Below are positions 1 to 14,000 of a stretch of DNA of 64,000 nucleotides, piece after piece. The stretch is from Phoronis australis. Its lineage: Eukaryota > Animalia > Phoronida. Each line of letters begins with the position of its first letter. Within the stretch, counting starts at the first letter, position 1. The notes below the pieces were generated by a model. That model did not search any database. It was not told the origin of the DNA and saw only the letters and a list, made by a program, of their open reading frames with translations. The DNA lies in the NCBI GenBank assembly GCA_002633005.1, contig NMRA01000203.1:342015-406014 (forward strand). Direction: 5' to 3'. A program made the position numbers and the translations under genes.

Positions 1-712
1 TTGGCCGTGTTTCAGTATGCGAGAAAACAAACTTGCAATTTCTATGCTTACACTTGTTGCAATTTCCAATCTGTTCCACATACGATGTCTCAAACCTGTC
101 TGTCAAAGAATGGACCGCTTACAGCAGCTTCTGTGTCTTGAAAATATGTGGCAAATATAACTCTTGTACTGAGAGCCGTAAGACGTGTGATGCATTTTTC
201 AGTTGAGTTGGAATTAGTTGGTAGAAATACTAATAAAAATAATACACTGCATGCACAGTAAGATGGAGACGTGTAAGTTGGATCGTCATTGACCTTGAAT
301 GAACTTCCACAGTTTGCTTGCTGATCCCAGCAAATTGTAAACATACAAAGGTTTTTTAAACTCATGTGTAAGTGAATCATGTGACTGTTGCAAATGCATT
401 TGACCGAGTGCTACAAGTCACATGACTGTACTGCAGATACATTTGACTGAGTGCTACAAGTCACATGACTGTACATCTTGGGAGACGTGTGGAATGGAAC
501 GTTTTAAGTGAGCAAACATTGTAATGGAACATAATTAGCAACTGGACGCACCATATGCCCTTACTCCTGACACTGAGACCCCAATTCCTTCTAGATCTGC
601 CCCAGCCAAGATGTATGCATTGTACTTTGCAATGTCCAGTCAAGAACACCATGTGTGGTTTACATTGAATTAATTACTGACATTGTATGATTTTCAGTCT
701 CGGTCAAGCAAC

Positions 713-2466
713 ATGAGTTCTATGGACCACTGGGTGTCTACTGACAGAATGGCCTACATTTCATCCATCCGGGAGAAGAAATCATCCAGAGAAATTGAGA
801 GATGTCGGAGAAAGTTGAAGGGAAAAGACAAGAACGATCCATCTGATGCTCTGAAGTTTGCTATTTTGTACAACCATACGGTAGGTGTCTCTACTTACTA
901 GCCACTGCAGTAAAATGCGTAAGTCGGATCCAAATGGACGTAGAGATTCTACACGTTGCTCTTGTTTATATTTACTTACTGGTGACAACTTATTTATCCG
1001 AAGAAGTTACAATTTTTATTTGCATGCAGGGTTTCAGTACAACGAATGGTCAAAATCAAAAGTTATTCTTTGTCACAGAAACATGGTTCATATCGGCTTC
1101 AATTAGTTTAAAGGTTAATGTTTTGTAAACTACATAATTTGTCATCAGTGTGAATTTGCTAAAATAATAATAATAATATGGTTTATTTCATGTAACATGC
1201 CTCTGGCTCACATTACATGTAACAGGCCTCCGGTCCACATTACATGTAACAGGCCTCCGGTCCACATTACATGTAACAGGCCTCCGGTCCACATTACATG
1301 TAACAGGCCTCCGGTCCACATTACATGTAACAGGCCTCCGGTCCACATTACATGTAACAGGCCTCCGGACCACATTACATGTAACAGGCCTCCGGTCCAC
1401 ATTACATGTAACAAGCCTCCGGTCCACATTACATGTAACGGGCCTCCGGTCCACATTACATGTAACAGGCCTCCGGTCGACATTACTTGTAACAGGCCTC
1501 CGGCTCACATTTCATGTAACAGGCCTCCGGCTCACATTACAAATATATAGTACATAGAGAGTACAAGATTTTTAGATTATTTTCTGTGGTAAGGTTGATC
1601 ATACAATGTGATTAGTTTTCACAGTTGATGAAAAAGCTTGGATTGGAATGACTCCGCTCTGCTCCTACCCTCCCTTCTGTCTCACTTTTGATTGACCTAA
1701 GTCAAAACATAATGTATCATGTGATAAGCATTGATGAGCTGTATTTAATTGGATAAACCTTGCTATTGTTGGTATTCTTGTTTGATTGTAGAAATACTGT
1801 GAGTTCGTCTTGAAGAAGTTTGGAATAAAGGCCTTGTCAGACAAACATGTCTGTTGTCCTCTTATCATGTTGGCAGTTAGGCTGGATTATTCTGAGATAG
1901 TTCGCCTTATATGCAAATATGGCCAGAAGATTGATTTCACCAAGTTTGATCACCCGTTCAGTCCAGAGCGCCGTTACTATGTGGATGCTCCAGGCTGTCT
2001 CGCCATGGAATACAAACGGACTTCGTTACACATAGCAATTTTAATGGGACATCACAAGAGTGCTGAAGCATTAATTGATTATGGTTCAGATGTCAATCGC
2101 AAGGATTCCAATGGCCTAGCGTCCGTGGAATTGTTTGCTAGTAAATTTCCTATCCAAAAAGACCTAGGCAATGCGGACACCGTCCGTGAAAAGAAATTGA
2201 CCAAGTTGAGATGTGGAGCGTCTCTGCTGAAGATGAGAAAAACTGTACCTTATGATGTCTGGAAGCAACTTGTTGATATCTACTCGGAATATGATCAGCT
2301 GAGCTTGATTCAGTCCTTTATGCCACATGGTATTCCTTCACTGATGCACCTGTCACGTGTGTCTATCAGAGATGCTATGGGGCCAGGAAGGGTCCCAGGA
2401 GCAATAGACGAGTTGGTGGACCTCATACCTCATATGCTTATAGAATATCTTAAGTTTGAGGAATAG
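713..2466 (+). CDS. Ankyrin repeat and SOCS box protein (ASB-like), 2 coding exons 713-880 and 1792-2466, ~280 aa
   Basis: Acceptor ttttcag ending 697, ATG 713, donor GTAGGT 881; acceptor ttgtag ending 1791, phase 0 join (YNHT|KYCEF). Ankyrin motifs (RTSLHIAILMGHHKSAEALIDYGSDVNRKD) and C-terminal SOCS box (IPSLMHLSRVSIRDAMG...IPHMLIEYL). AATAAA at 2732. Confidence 0.88.
1188..1540. repeat. 27-bp minisatellite, ~13 copies, in the ASB intron
   Basis: Unit cacattacatgtaacaggcctccggtc repeated near-perfectly; explains the repetitive ORFs at 1188-1550. Confidence 0.95.
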
Positions 2467-2769
2467 CATGCACCACTTGAAGGAGATTCTTGTGGTTGTC
2501 GATCTTATAAATTTTTAAGAAATTAAAATTTCTGTGTTATTTCAGTGGATTTTTGTTTAATATGCTAAATTTTTCAATCATTTGTAATTCAGTCAGTTTT
2601 GCCTATGCTTTAGGTACCATTATGCTTTCACAGTTATATTAAAAACAATTAATTTGAAAGAAGTAAATGATATATCACTAAACTTATCATGAGGTCAATA
2701 GAAGTTCCCAGTTAAAGATCTCGCACTGATGAATAAAGTAAAGTTTGAATACATATTACAAATTTTCTA

Positions 2770-3343
2770 GGGGCTGTTTCAGTAAAATCTGTATGGGAGG
2801 GGGGGAAGGCACCTTTTTTTCGCACCCACCACCCATATTTTTCATTTATTTCTTCAGCCTACTACCCGTAATTTTTTATAAGTTTGAAATACAACCACCC
2901 GTAATTTTTTTTTGTTCTTGTGGTTGACTGCACAGGCGCTTGAGTTTATCTGTTCCTCCATCACCACTAACGCCATTCATTACTAAGAAAACATAATTAT
3001 GTTTCTTATACATGGTTATTAGCCATCGAGAAATTCGAGCACCTGTGGTTAAATGGTGTTATGGGCATGCCGATGAGGAGATCGGAGGGAGTGAAAAAGT
3101 CGGAGCTTTTTGCAAGTTGCATTTTTGTTTCAGTTTTTGATTCTGTGCGGATTGTTTATAAAATTTACTAAAATTACCCACCATCAAACATTTATGGCCC
3201 AATGAAACAACAACGACCTGTAAATTTTAATTTTTTTGAAGTACGACCACCAGCCATTTTGAATTTAAATCAAACGCAACCACCCATAAATTTTTATTTC
3301 AGTTGCCTTCCCCCCTCCCACACAGATTTTGCTGGAACAGCCC
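2770..3343. mobile_element. MITE with ~45-bp TIRs (PIF/Harbinger-like GGG ends, TA or TAA target)
   Basis: Left gggctgtttcagtaaaatctgtatgggagg...gaaggc is inverted at right gccttcccccctcccacacagattttgctggaacagccc; TA on both flanks. Confidence 0.8.
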
Positions 3344-3345
3344 TA

Positions 3346-4760
3346 AAATGTAGTGTCCTGTTTCGGTGATAAAACTTCCATCATTGTCAAGTTTTATTCA
3401 GAGAATGGATGCCAGGATGGCCACAAGTACAATACACAGAAAATTCCAAAACTCACAAAAATACCAGAACATGTTTGACTGGCAATCAGCAAATTACAAC
3501 TCAGTGTAACAGTGCCAACAACTCATGGGAAACCTGTGCATTGACTGAGGGCGTTTCCCAACTCTGAATGTGAATGGCTTCACGCATTTTCTAGTGATAG
3601 CGATTAGATTCATTGTCAATTGTAGTAAAGCTGTGTTCCCGAGCAGCCTCTCTACAAGCAGCATTGTTTTCCTAGTGTCTAAAGATATGTGAATTCTTAC
3701 CGCTGACTAGGTGTTCCTTCATCTAATTAGTCAATGTAAGTTACTTGACAACATTTGCAATCAAATTTATATACACTACATAGGATTTTAGAGCCAAAGG
3801 AATATTGTGTTTTACAGGGGCTTTGTATGAATGCAACTGGATCTCCAAATGCGCTCAATCAATTGGCGAGATCGAGTGAATGAGTCACTTTCATACAAAG
3901 CTCAGTCAATACCTAAGACTAACAACACTCAATATTTCATTTTGCCTTATGCGGGTTTTTACCCTAAGATAGCACAGTGTAAATCATAATCATTATCATA
4001 GAGATTTTGCAAAACCACGGTTGTTCAGCTTGTATTGAGGTGTTGCAAGGTTTTGAATTTTCTTGGTATTAAAGATAAAATACCTTTCACTCTAAAATCC
4101 CATGTAATGTACAAATTTGATAGTAGTTGTTGTCAAGCAACTTATATTGGTGTGACAATTGACTACTTGACTACAAGGATGAAGGAACCCCTAGTTAGCT
4201 ATAAGAATTCGCATATCTCTAGACAGTGTCACTTGGAAAATAATGCTGCTTGTAGAGAGGCCGCTGGGGAACACTGCTTTATGATTATTGCCAGTGATAC
4301 TAATGGCTATTGGTTGAAGCTGCATGAAGCTATTCACATTTAGTATTCAGAAACGCCCTCAGTCAATGCACAGGTTTCCCTTCGAGTTGTTGACACTGTT
4401 ACACCGAGTTGTGATTTGCTGATTGCTAGCCAGTCCTGTTCTGGTATTTTTGCATGTTTTGGAATTTTCTGTGTATTGTACCTGTAGCCATCCTTGCATC
4501 CTTTCTCTGTGTATTGTACCTGTAGCCATCCTTGCATCCATTCTGTGTGTATTGTACCTGTAGCCATCCTGGCATCCATTCTGTGTGTATTGTACCTGTA
4601 GCCATCCTGTCATCCATTTTCTGTGTATTGTACCTGTAGCCATCCTGGCATCCATTCTCTGTCTATTGTAATTTTAGCCATCCTTGCATCCATTCTCTGA
4701 ATAAAACTTGACAATGGTGGATGTTTTACTGCCGAGACATGTTGCTACATTTTAGAGAAG
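3346..4760. mobile_element. Inverted pair of Penelope-like element 3' fragments (GIY-YIG endonuclease plus pLTR)
   Basis: ORF 4035-4343 KSHVMYKF..CQATYIGVT..LTTRMKE..SHI..CF.II..LKLHEAIHI fits the PLE GIY-YIG; 3346-3805 is a diverged reverse complement of 4080-4760. Confidence 0.85.
4465..4700. repeat. ~39-bp minisatellite (~6 copies) expanded in one arm of the Penelope pair
   Basis: Unit tgtgtattgtacctgtagccatcct(t/g)gcatccatt; single copy in the opposite arm at ~3400-3440. Confidence 0.9.
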
Positions 4761-7700
4761 TTGTCTATTTGAAATTTCCTAGTTAACATCTATGGATTGG
4801 TAATGTTGAATTTTTGTACATAGACGCGTTTTGAATCTCTGGAAGAAATGTCACTTATTTGGAGGTTTTATGCACTTGTTACAGACAAAATTGCTTTTTG
4901 AAATGTTTTGATTTTGTCTTGTTTTTACCAACGTTGAATGTTTCCTACCTTATTTGGGTATGAAAGTCCCATTCATACTGTCAACTGTTATGCTACTTGA
5001 CTCTGGACGCTACATTACTTCCTTGATAAGAGTCTGTGTTGTTTCTGCTTATATGTTTTAAAATTGAACCATGTTTGAAAAGTTATTAGCTATGTTTAGA
5101 AATCTTAAGCAGTGTATGAAAATCAGTCATAATTGAAAAGCTTTTTTTCTGGTTTGCATTTTAAAGAAAAAGAAATGATTGAAAACTGTTTTAATAGCAC
5201 AAAAGAAGGTAAGCGTTGTGGCACAAATCACGGGATGAAACATGAACGGAGTTTTGCCTAGACTCTGATAGTGAATATTTTGTATGATAAGTACTGATGC
5301 TGGGCTCACATAGGCAACTCCCACTGTAAGGCTTGTATACACCACAGAAGAAATAGACAAGATACATCTGGGACATGAGCCCATGGTCTTATCTTTGAAT
5401 TTGACATTTTATATTGTACTTGAATACAGAGTCTAGATGAGAGTCTATTTTTCTGTGCTCTAGTGTGTTATGGTTTATACTGCTGAGTGTCTGTCACACT
5501 TAATCACCTGTATAGTAGGGCTGCTATCTGGAAAAACTTGAGATTTCAAGCAAAAACTTAAAATTTCAAGGTAAGGCTCCAGCTTATAGCATTAGTGCTG
5601 ATGTGCAAATCAGGATTAGACTGTTGTCTGTGTAAACCATAGTGTACTTGAGTATAGAGTAATAGCCCCAGTGACTTATCTCGAATAATAGCCTCAGTGA
5701 ATTCTCACTTAGTAGAAGGAGAATGTCAAAAACAATTTCAAATACAAAGATTAGACAGTGAGGCCTGGTCATCTTATGAAGCACTTGGTAAAAAGTGTTA
5801 TGTAGGTTAAAATCTCTAGTCACCAACTTTGCCCTGAAAAAATCGTGAATGCACTCAAAATGTCTGATGGTAGTTATGGTTCCATGTAGCGTTACATTTC
5901 TTTAAGATAATTGAGAAAATTCATGTGTGTACCATGTCCTAAATTGGTGAGGTTTTGAAGTAAGCACAAACATAACGAGTGAATGTTAATTTAGATTTTC
6001 AGAGTTAGATGAGTAAAATGTGCCCTGCATTGTTGACCACGAGAAGTAATGTTTGTAAAATCGATTTTTGGAAGATTAAACTCTAAATATCCAGTTGTTT
6101 TTCAGTTCCCTCTCTAACACCTCATCCATGTTACCTGTATTCTAAAATTAACTGGATAAAATAAAATTAGTAATTGTCTTTATTAAGTTAACTTTGCGTT
6201 TTCCCTCACTTGGACAAAGTTTTGGGGTACGTTTATTGCTAGTTTATTCACTTGGCCCTCTAACGGAAGTCAGATTTCAGCTTTCTTGAATAAAATCTCC
6301 CAGTCCAGTTGTACCCGACTTATGCAAATTTTATTACATTTCATTTAAAATCTGATAAAAGGATTTCTTCAGTTGTAAATAAGACATTAGGAAAATGAGA
6401 GCTCCCTGTCTGACTTAATAAAAAGTGGACAGTTAAATAATGAAACCAACTTTTCATCCTGGATTTCAAAAAATAGGTAGCCCCAAATTGGGTTTCCCAA
6501 TTTCTTGTGACATCTATGACAGCGTTTTTATGACTCCCAAGTCAAATACTGTCGTATGTTACTGGGAAGACACAGGTCCACAATGAAGTGTATTGTTTTT
6601 TGCAAGTCTTAACTAACTTTTCTATTGTGGACAAGCCAATGACCTCTTAGAGCTGTTGTTACTTATTTATGAAATGCCATTGCTTACAAAACTAGGCATA
6701 CTAGCTTGGGTGTCTAAATTTGAGTTAGGGATTCCATTTGCACAGTCGCTTGACTAAGGTCTGCTACTGACTTATCCATCTAAGAGCATGGGTGGGGAGC
6801 CTTGCACAAAGTCAATATAGCTGAACTTTCTCATATAAAGGTGGCTAGTCTAATTTACAAATCACACTTTTCTCACACATTTCAGGCACAATACTTCTTG
6901 TACAAATACATATCTGTTCTCAATAACCATGTTTTTGGCACAAACAGTGCTTGAAACCACTCTGATAATGTAGGAGGTATGAGGAAACATAGTTTTAATT
7001 CTGCCTTAATAAAAAAGGAGCGCTGGGTAATGGTAACTGGGCGACTGGGGTAATGAGAGTTAGCGGAAGCTTGATGTCATTCTGTTCACATGTTAAAATG
7101 TCCATACTTTACAGTCTGTGAAACAAGCCTGTGGCTCATGACTTCATGTTGACAGTTCTTCAAAAATCCGATTTAAAATAAATATTAACGGCAAGACAGC
7201 ACAACACCTACCATGCACAGATTTATTCAAACACTGATGGGCCCATCTGCAGTTTTAAAGGTACAAGATAAAGGTTCACTACGTGTTGAAACAGATAACA
7301 AAAGATAAGAAAGGATGTACGATATATTTAATCATAAGAGCATAAACGCCACAGCACAGGCTGAACGATTTCTGAGATCGGCAATGAATTAACTTTGGGT
7401 TGGAACACAGAGTACTTAAACATGTACTATTTTTAACTTGATGGTTTCAATGGCGACAAGTTCATAGAATAACTCATATCTTTACAAAATAGACGTCTCT
7501 GTCCTCTGCTTAAATTTATATTTTGTGAACAAGCTCCAGAAACTTTGAAAATTTGTTTCTGCATTGTAAATTTACTAGAACTTTTCGGGAAGGAGTTTCT
7601 AAACTTTGCTTCAGTAACGCTAGTGTTTTTTCATCAACAAAATTCATATACCGACAAAGATTGGGGGGTGCTTTACTGTATATTCATGCTTTCTTGAATA

Positions 7701-8064
7701 TTTTAAAACAGTACTATACAACAGAGAGATATATTTTTGGAAAGAATGGACAGCTTAATAGATCTGGACATAGATGATTAAATTTTATGGATAAATTTTG
7801 CCCAATGTTGTTGAGAAAACTAAGTGACCATTGAGTGAGAGCGTGGTGTGTTTACTACTCTGACTTTTTCAGTTATGGGAACTAAATGTATTAAAAAAAG
7901 ACCTTCAATGGGTTTCGTTGACAACACAAAGGCAAAAAGTAGATTGCTTTGAATTCGCATTGTAGACAAAATGAATTTTTCAACAAAATTGTAAAGCTTA
8001 CCAATACCATCACTCAACTGAAATTCATAAACTCCATTGCTCTGACCTATAAAACCATTGCAAT

Positions 8065-11000
8065 TTATGTATTGTCTCTGGAACTATTGCTGTCTGTTTC
8101 CAAAGTAATACTTTCGGGATCTTCATCTGCAAAATACTTGTCCTCTTCATCGTGTTCTAGAATATCCAATGGGTCATATGCAGTGTTTGAGTCGATGTCT
8201 CTGTAAAACAAGACACGGTTCAACGCTAGATGTTATAAACAGTTTGCACTACACAACTTCCAATTTACAATTTTCAGGGAGCAGTGATCTTCGCAGATTC
8301 CATCAACTACGAAAAATTACCAGCTTTGTGTAGATAATTCAATATATTCATATGCATACAACACAAACACGTGCAGGCACAAGCACGCATGCACACATAT
8401 ACACACACGCATACACACACACACCATTTTTGCTTTTGCCTAAGGTATCTTTATCCAAAGTTGATGATGGAAACAACGCTATGCAGGACTGAATTAAGTG
8501 AGGAGAATTTTATGGCTAAAGCTCCCCTCAAATGAATTTGCTGATGTTGAACAACTCACTAAATGAGCTATTTCAATGTGGATTTAGATAAAAGGATCGG
8601 TCTACACTTTGATTCAAAATTATTTGAGATTCAGAATGTTATGTACTCTTTTTTCCAGACAATACCTCAGTATTCCAGGTACAGAGAGTATGAACAAGTC
8701 ATAGTGTCCAGAATTCCAACAGTGGTTTTTCAATAAGTTTGTAATGCCATGTATGCATGCCTGCATACCTACATGCATATGTGTACATGTAATGTGGACG
8801 CATAATCATTAAGAAACACACAAGTAGCTTGACAGTAAGTGACAAACCAACAAAAGTGCGTCGGGAAATCAGTGAATAAAATAGTTATCACAAAATCTCG
8901 AATAACTTGGGCACAATAAGATGTAGCAAAAAACAGATGACAGTGCTTGGCGAGATCTATCTACATAAAACATTTAAAAAATCTCTCAAAGGAAGATAGT
9001 TCCATAAAGATAAAATCGGAAAATGGCCACATAATCATTTAATTCGACTTTTATGAGATGTAAAAATAAACTGTTTTTCTTTCTCGCCAATTTTGTGTCT
9101 AATTTTAACCAAGAACCACTGACGAAGCACGTTGTGTATCAATTTCATATCGATCGAAAAAATGCTATCTGTAGTGTGCAAACCAAGAAACAAACAAGAA
9201 CAATGCAGAGCGTTGAAATGTGGACACAAATGCACTGCAAACGTGGTAGTTCTAGCAATGTTTATTTGTATCATAAAAATGGTCACTAGATGGTGCAAAA
9301 ATTTCCAACCTATCCAAAAACCAGCACATGTCAACACTTCTTTAATAGAAAGCAATTTCCCAAATTTCATAAAAATCTGTCAAGTAACTTCAGAGAAACA
9401 AAGGAAAACAGAAAAAAATGAAATTGCCACTAGGGGGCACAGCATTAGTTGGATCCACCTGAAAAACGTCTGCTGTTAGCTTCATATAAATACACTTACT
9501 AAATTTAATAAAGATCCTGCAGTGAGTTTAAGAGATACAGCTATGGGCGCAAAACAAAACAAAACTACCACTAGGAGGCGCCACAGTAGTTGAAGTCGTC
9601 ATCGTCACCTGTCCTCTTCCCACTGAGAACATATATATGCCAATTTTCAAAATCATAATTAGAATGGTTTGGTTGACAGCGGAGTGGAAGCCAAAAAACA
9701 GACTCGAAAACAGCAAAAATGGTCACACTTGCTAAATTTAGTGAAGATCTTCCAAACAGTTTAAGAGATACAGCCATAGGCGCAAAAAAACAAAACTGTC
9801 ACTAGGAGGCGCCACAGTAGTGAAAGTCATCGGAAAGTCATCATGAGCCGTCCTCTTCATAGTAAGAAGATAAATGCCAATTTTTACAATCATGTTTAGA
9901 GCGGTTTGGTTGATAAAGGGGTGGACGCCAAAAACCACATTCGAAAACAGTAAAAATGGCCACTGGGTGGCAAAAACTACGTCGAATCCATCCGAAAACG
10001 AGAGGATAGTGTCACCTCATTAAAAGATGCCTATATGCAAAAGTTCACGAAAATACATTGAGGACCTTTGAAGGCACAGAGGTAACCGTAAAAAACTAAA
10101 ATTGCCAATAGGGAGCACACCGGTAGTCAGATACGTCCAAAAGTTTGCTCATGCCATCCCATCCATGACAGGAACATGAGCAAGATTTCATGAACATACG
10201 TGAAAGGGTATTGGAGATAAAGCAGNGCAAAATACTTGTCCTCTTCATCGTGTTCTAGAATATCCAATGGGTCATATGCAGTGTTTGAGTCGATGTCTCT
10301 GTAAAACAAGACACGGTTCAACGCTAGATGTTATAAACAGTTTGCACTACACAACTTCCAATTTACAATTTTCAGAGAGCAGTGATCTTTGCAGATTACA
10401 TCAACTACGAAAAATTACCAGCATAAAGATAAAATCGGAAAATGGCCACATAATCATTTAATTCGACTTTTATGAGATGTAAAAATAAACTGTTTTTCTT
10501 TCTCGCCAATTTTGTGTCTAATTTTAACCAAGAACCACTGACGAAGCACGTTGTGTATCAATTTCATATCGATCGAAAAAATGCTATCTGTAGTGTGCAA
10601 ACCAAGAAACAAACAAGAGCAATGCAGAGCGTTGAAATGCGGACACAAATGCACTGCAAACGTGGTAGTTCTAGCATTGTTTATTTGTATCATAAAAATG
10701 GTCACTAGATGGTGCAAAAATTTCCAACCTATCCAAAAACCAGCTCATGCCAACACTTCTTTAATAGAAAGCAATTTCCCAAATTTCATAAAAATCTGTC
10801 AAGGAACTTCAGAGAAACAAAGGAAAACAGAAAAAAATGAAATTGCCACTAGGGGGTACAGAATTAGTTGGATCCACCTGAAAGTCGTCGTCTGTTGTTA
10901 GCTTCATATAAATACACTTACTAAGATCCTGCAGTGAGTTTAAGAGATACAGCTATGGGCACAAAACAAAACAAAACTACCACTAGGAGGCGCCACAGTA

Positions 11001-14000
11001 GTTGAAGTTGTCATCGTCATCTGTCCTCTTCCTACTGAGAACATATATAAGCCAATTTTCAAAATCATCCTTAGAATGCTTTGGTTGACAGCGGAGTGGA
11101 ATCCAAAAAACAGACTCGAAAACAGCAAAAATGGCCACACTTGCTAAATTTGGTGAAGATCCTTCAAACGGTTTAGGAGATACAGCCATAGGCGCAAAAA
11201 AAAAAAAACTGTCACTAGGAGGCTTCACAGTAGTGAAAATCTTCGGAAAGTCATCATGAGCCGTCCTCTTCATAGTAAGAAGATAAATGCCAATTTTCAC
11301 AATCATGTTTAGAGCGGTTTGGTTGATAAAGGGGTGGACGCCAAAAACCACATTCGAAAACAGTAAAAATGGCCACTGGGTGGCACAAACTACGTCGAAT
11401 CCATCCAAAAATGGGAGGATAGTGTCATCTCATTAAAAGATGCCTATATGCAAAAGTTCTCGAAAATACGTTGAGGACCTTTGAAGGCACAGAGGTAAAC
11501 GTAAAAAACTAAAATTGCCAATAGGGAGCACACCGGTAGTCAGATCCGTCCAAAAGTTTGCTCATGCCATCCCATCCATGACAGGAACATGAGCAAGATT
11601 TCATGAACATACGTGAAAGGGTATTGGAGATAAAGCAGCAGACGCCAGACAGACGCCACCCAAGTGGACGACCGAATGGATAGATGGGATAACAACATAA
11701 TGCGTCCATGTATAAATATGTGGACGCACAAATTATGAATGGATTGTTAATGAAAATTCCAACCAGATCCATGCAAGGGGGGACAAAGGCACATGCTGGA
11801 CACCCAAGCAGAGATAACAGTAATATACACAGTCCACACATAAATGTGGGCACATACAGCACACATCACAAATTTTTGTCCGACTGGTCGGCTAGGAGTC
11901 GACGACCGGCCGTCGACCGGCCGACAAATTAGCTGGCCACTCATAAGGCGACCCCCCAGCCGACTCTACAGCCGACCTTAGTTGAGCCCATGATCATAAT
12001 ATTTGCGCTATGTTCAAACCATTGTTTATGTTGCTTCTAAAATAAACTTTTGTTCTATTGCTGTACCAACATATTAAGAAATTGTACAAAAATAAACACT
12101 AATTATCTGAGGGAAAGCGCAATATACAGCGTGATAAAGTGATGACCAAGTGCAATAACGAATTACCACAAATACGTCCTACTGTTGAGCATTCCCCGGC
12201 ATGAAAACACTTGAGGTCGTAAACATCCAGCGTTGTATTCTGATTTTTATGCAAATTTACTGTTACAGTAACATTTCAAATTTCTTGGTTGTTGATACTT
12301 TTTTATGCATAATGTATAATAAGTCTCATATCTAGAGTTCGAAATTATCTTTCCGCGATATCATTTTACGTTTGATTTGACCACTCCATCACCAATTCAA
12401 CATTAAAGTTTACTTTGGTTTAATTTCACGCAATTCGTATATGTAGGTTGATTCAATTTTACCACTTTTCAACAGTTGAACAAAAGTTGATAAACCGACG
12501 GCAAGACCCACAGAGTGGCCACTGGTGAACGAACAGAGAACAGTTAAATGTTTGTTTGGCCAGAGTTCACCCGCTAAGTCATAAAATGGTAATTGCCGAC
12601 CAAAGACACGCATAATCTGAATTGGTCGTCTATGCTAAACAACCACTTTGCTGACCCAAGTTCCGACCGCAGAGGCGACTCAGCAGACAGCTCCTAGCCG
12701 GACAAAAATTCATGATGTGTGCTGTAAAAAGAGGTCTGTAAACAAATAACCTGTATACCTGTAATCAAATTCCTTATCCTGTCCTTCAAGAAATCGTTCT
12801 TGCATAATATGGGCAAATTCATTTCTAAGTTGAAGTTTTTCCAATTCACTTGGCTGAAATTTAGTTTGATCTGAAAATAAATGAGATAATTCAAAATGGC
12901 TGTAAAAGCCTTCTGTCACAAAATTAAGTTTACATTTAAACCACTTACTATTATGAAATAGGTCTCAAATTGACCCTTAGCCAAAATAGATTCCTAAGTT
13001 TGTAAAGAATTGAAAGTTCACTATTGCTCAAGATGAGGTTCTACAAGTTGTCACATGCATAGCCAAGTTGACTTTGTCACATGCATAGCTAAGTTGACTT
13101 GTCACATGCATAGCAAAGTTGACTTGTCACATACATAGCAAAGTTGACTTGTCACATGCATAGCAAAGTTGACTTTGTCACATGCATAGCTAAGTTGACT
13201 TGTCACATACATAGCCAAGTTGACTTGTCACATGCATAGCAAAGTTGACTTGTCACATACATAGCCAAGTTGACTTGTCACATGCATAGCAAAGTTAACT
13301 TGTCAAGACATGTCATTTTATTCGCTGAGCATGCATGGTCTCAAGGAAAACTGAACTGTCAGTTCTTTGCAAGATCAAAAACCACTTATTATATGAGTAA
13401 GGAACAAGTCGAGACCAATTATATAGTGGCAAGTGGTTTAAAGAAAAATTGATTTTCTTCGATGGAATATGGGTTTATTGCGACAATTGTCAATAAAACA
13501 TAAAGGTCTGTAAAGACAGTTGACATTCTCCAAAAACCTGCCACCTGACTATTTTCTGCAAATATCATGCAAAGATTTTGAGCCCTAAAACAGTATCACA
13601 AATAACTGCAGTAATATCCTTCAAAGCAAATCAACTGCCGATTGAAGAAAATGACAACATCGTATCTCATAAATAAGTGGTTGGATTTGAAACATGACTA
13701 CGTTTAGAGTATCATAGCTGGAATTTCAAAGTGTGGCCATGGAATTGGTATCCACTCCTTGAAATTTGCAGCTAAAGTCCTGGTGCAGATTATAAAAATC
13801 TATAATGGTGCCACCAAATTTTTTACTCCAAGCAAATCTTCAAATTCTCTCTTCATCATCTCACCCCCAGTGTCTTCATCAGACTCTTCTTCTGACTCTT
13901 CTTCCTCTGCCTGGTCATCCTACAAATAACACAAACATGTAGAAAAGAATGTACATGTTGCATTAAATTGTAAATCTTCACTTGCCTGGTTGAAGTTTAC

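Noticed and set aside
1188-1550. Repetitive ORFs (VTCNVDRRP etc.), and likewise those at 4340-4655, 21028-21411, 23459-23779, 33737-34105 and 47038-47322
   Set aside because: Translations of intronic or intergenic minisatellites whose unit length is a multiple of three; no splice or homology support.
5570-6805. Large decayed inverted-repeat element
   Set aside because: Only scattered short inverted matches; not separable from chance without an alignment.
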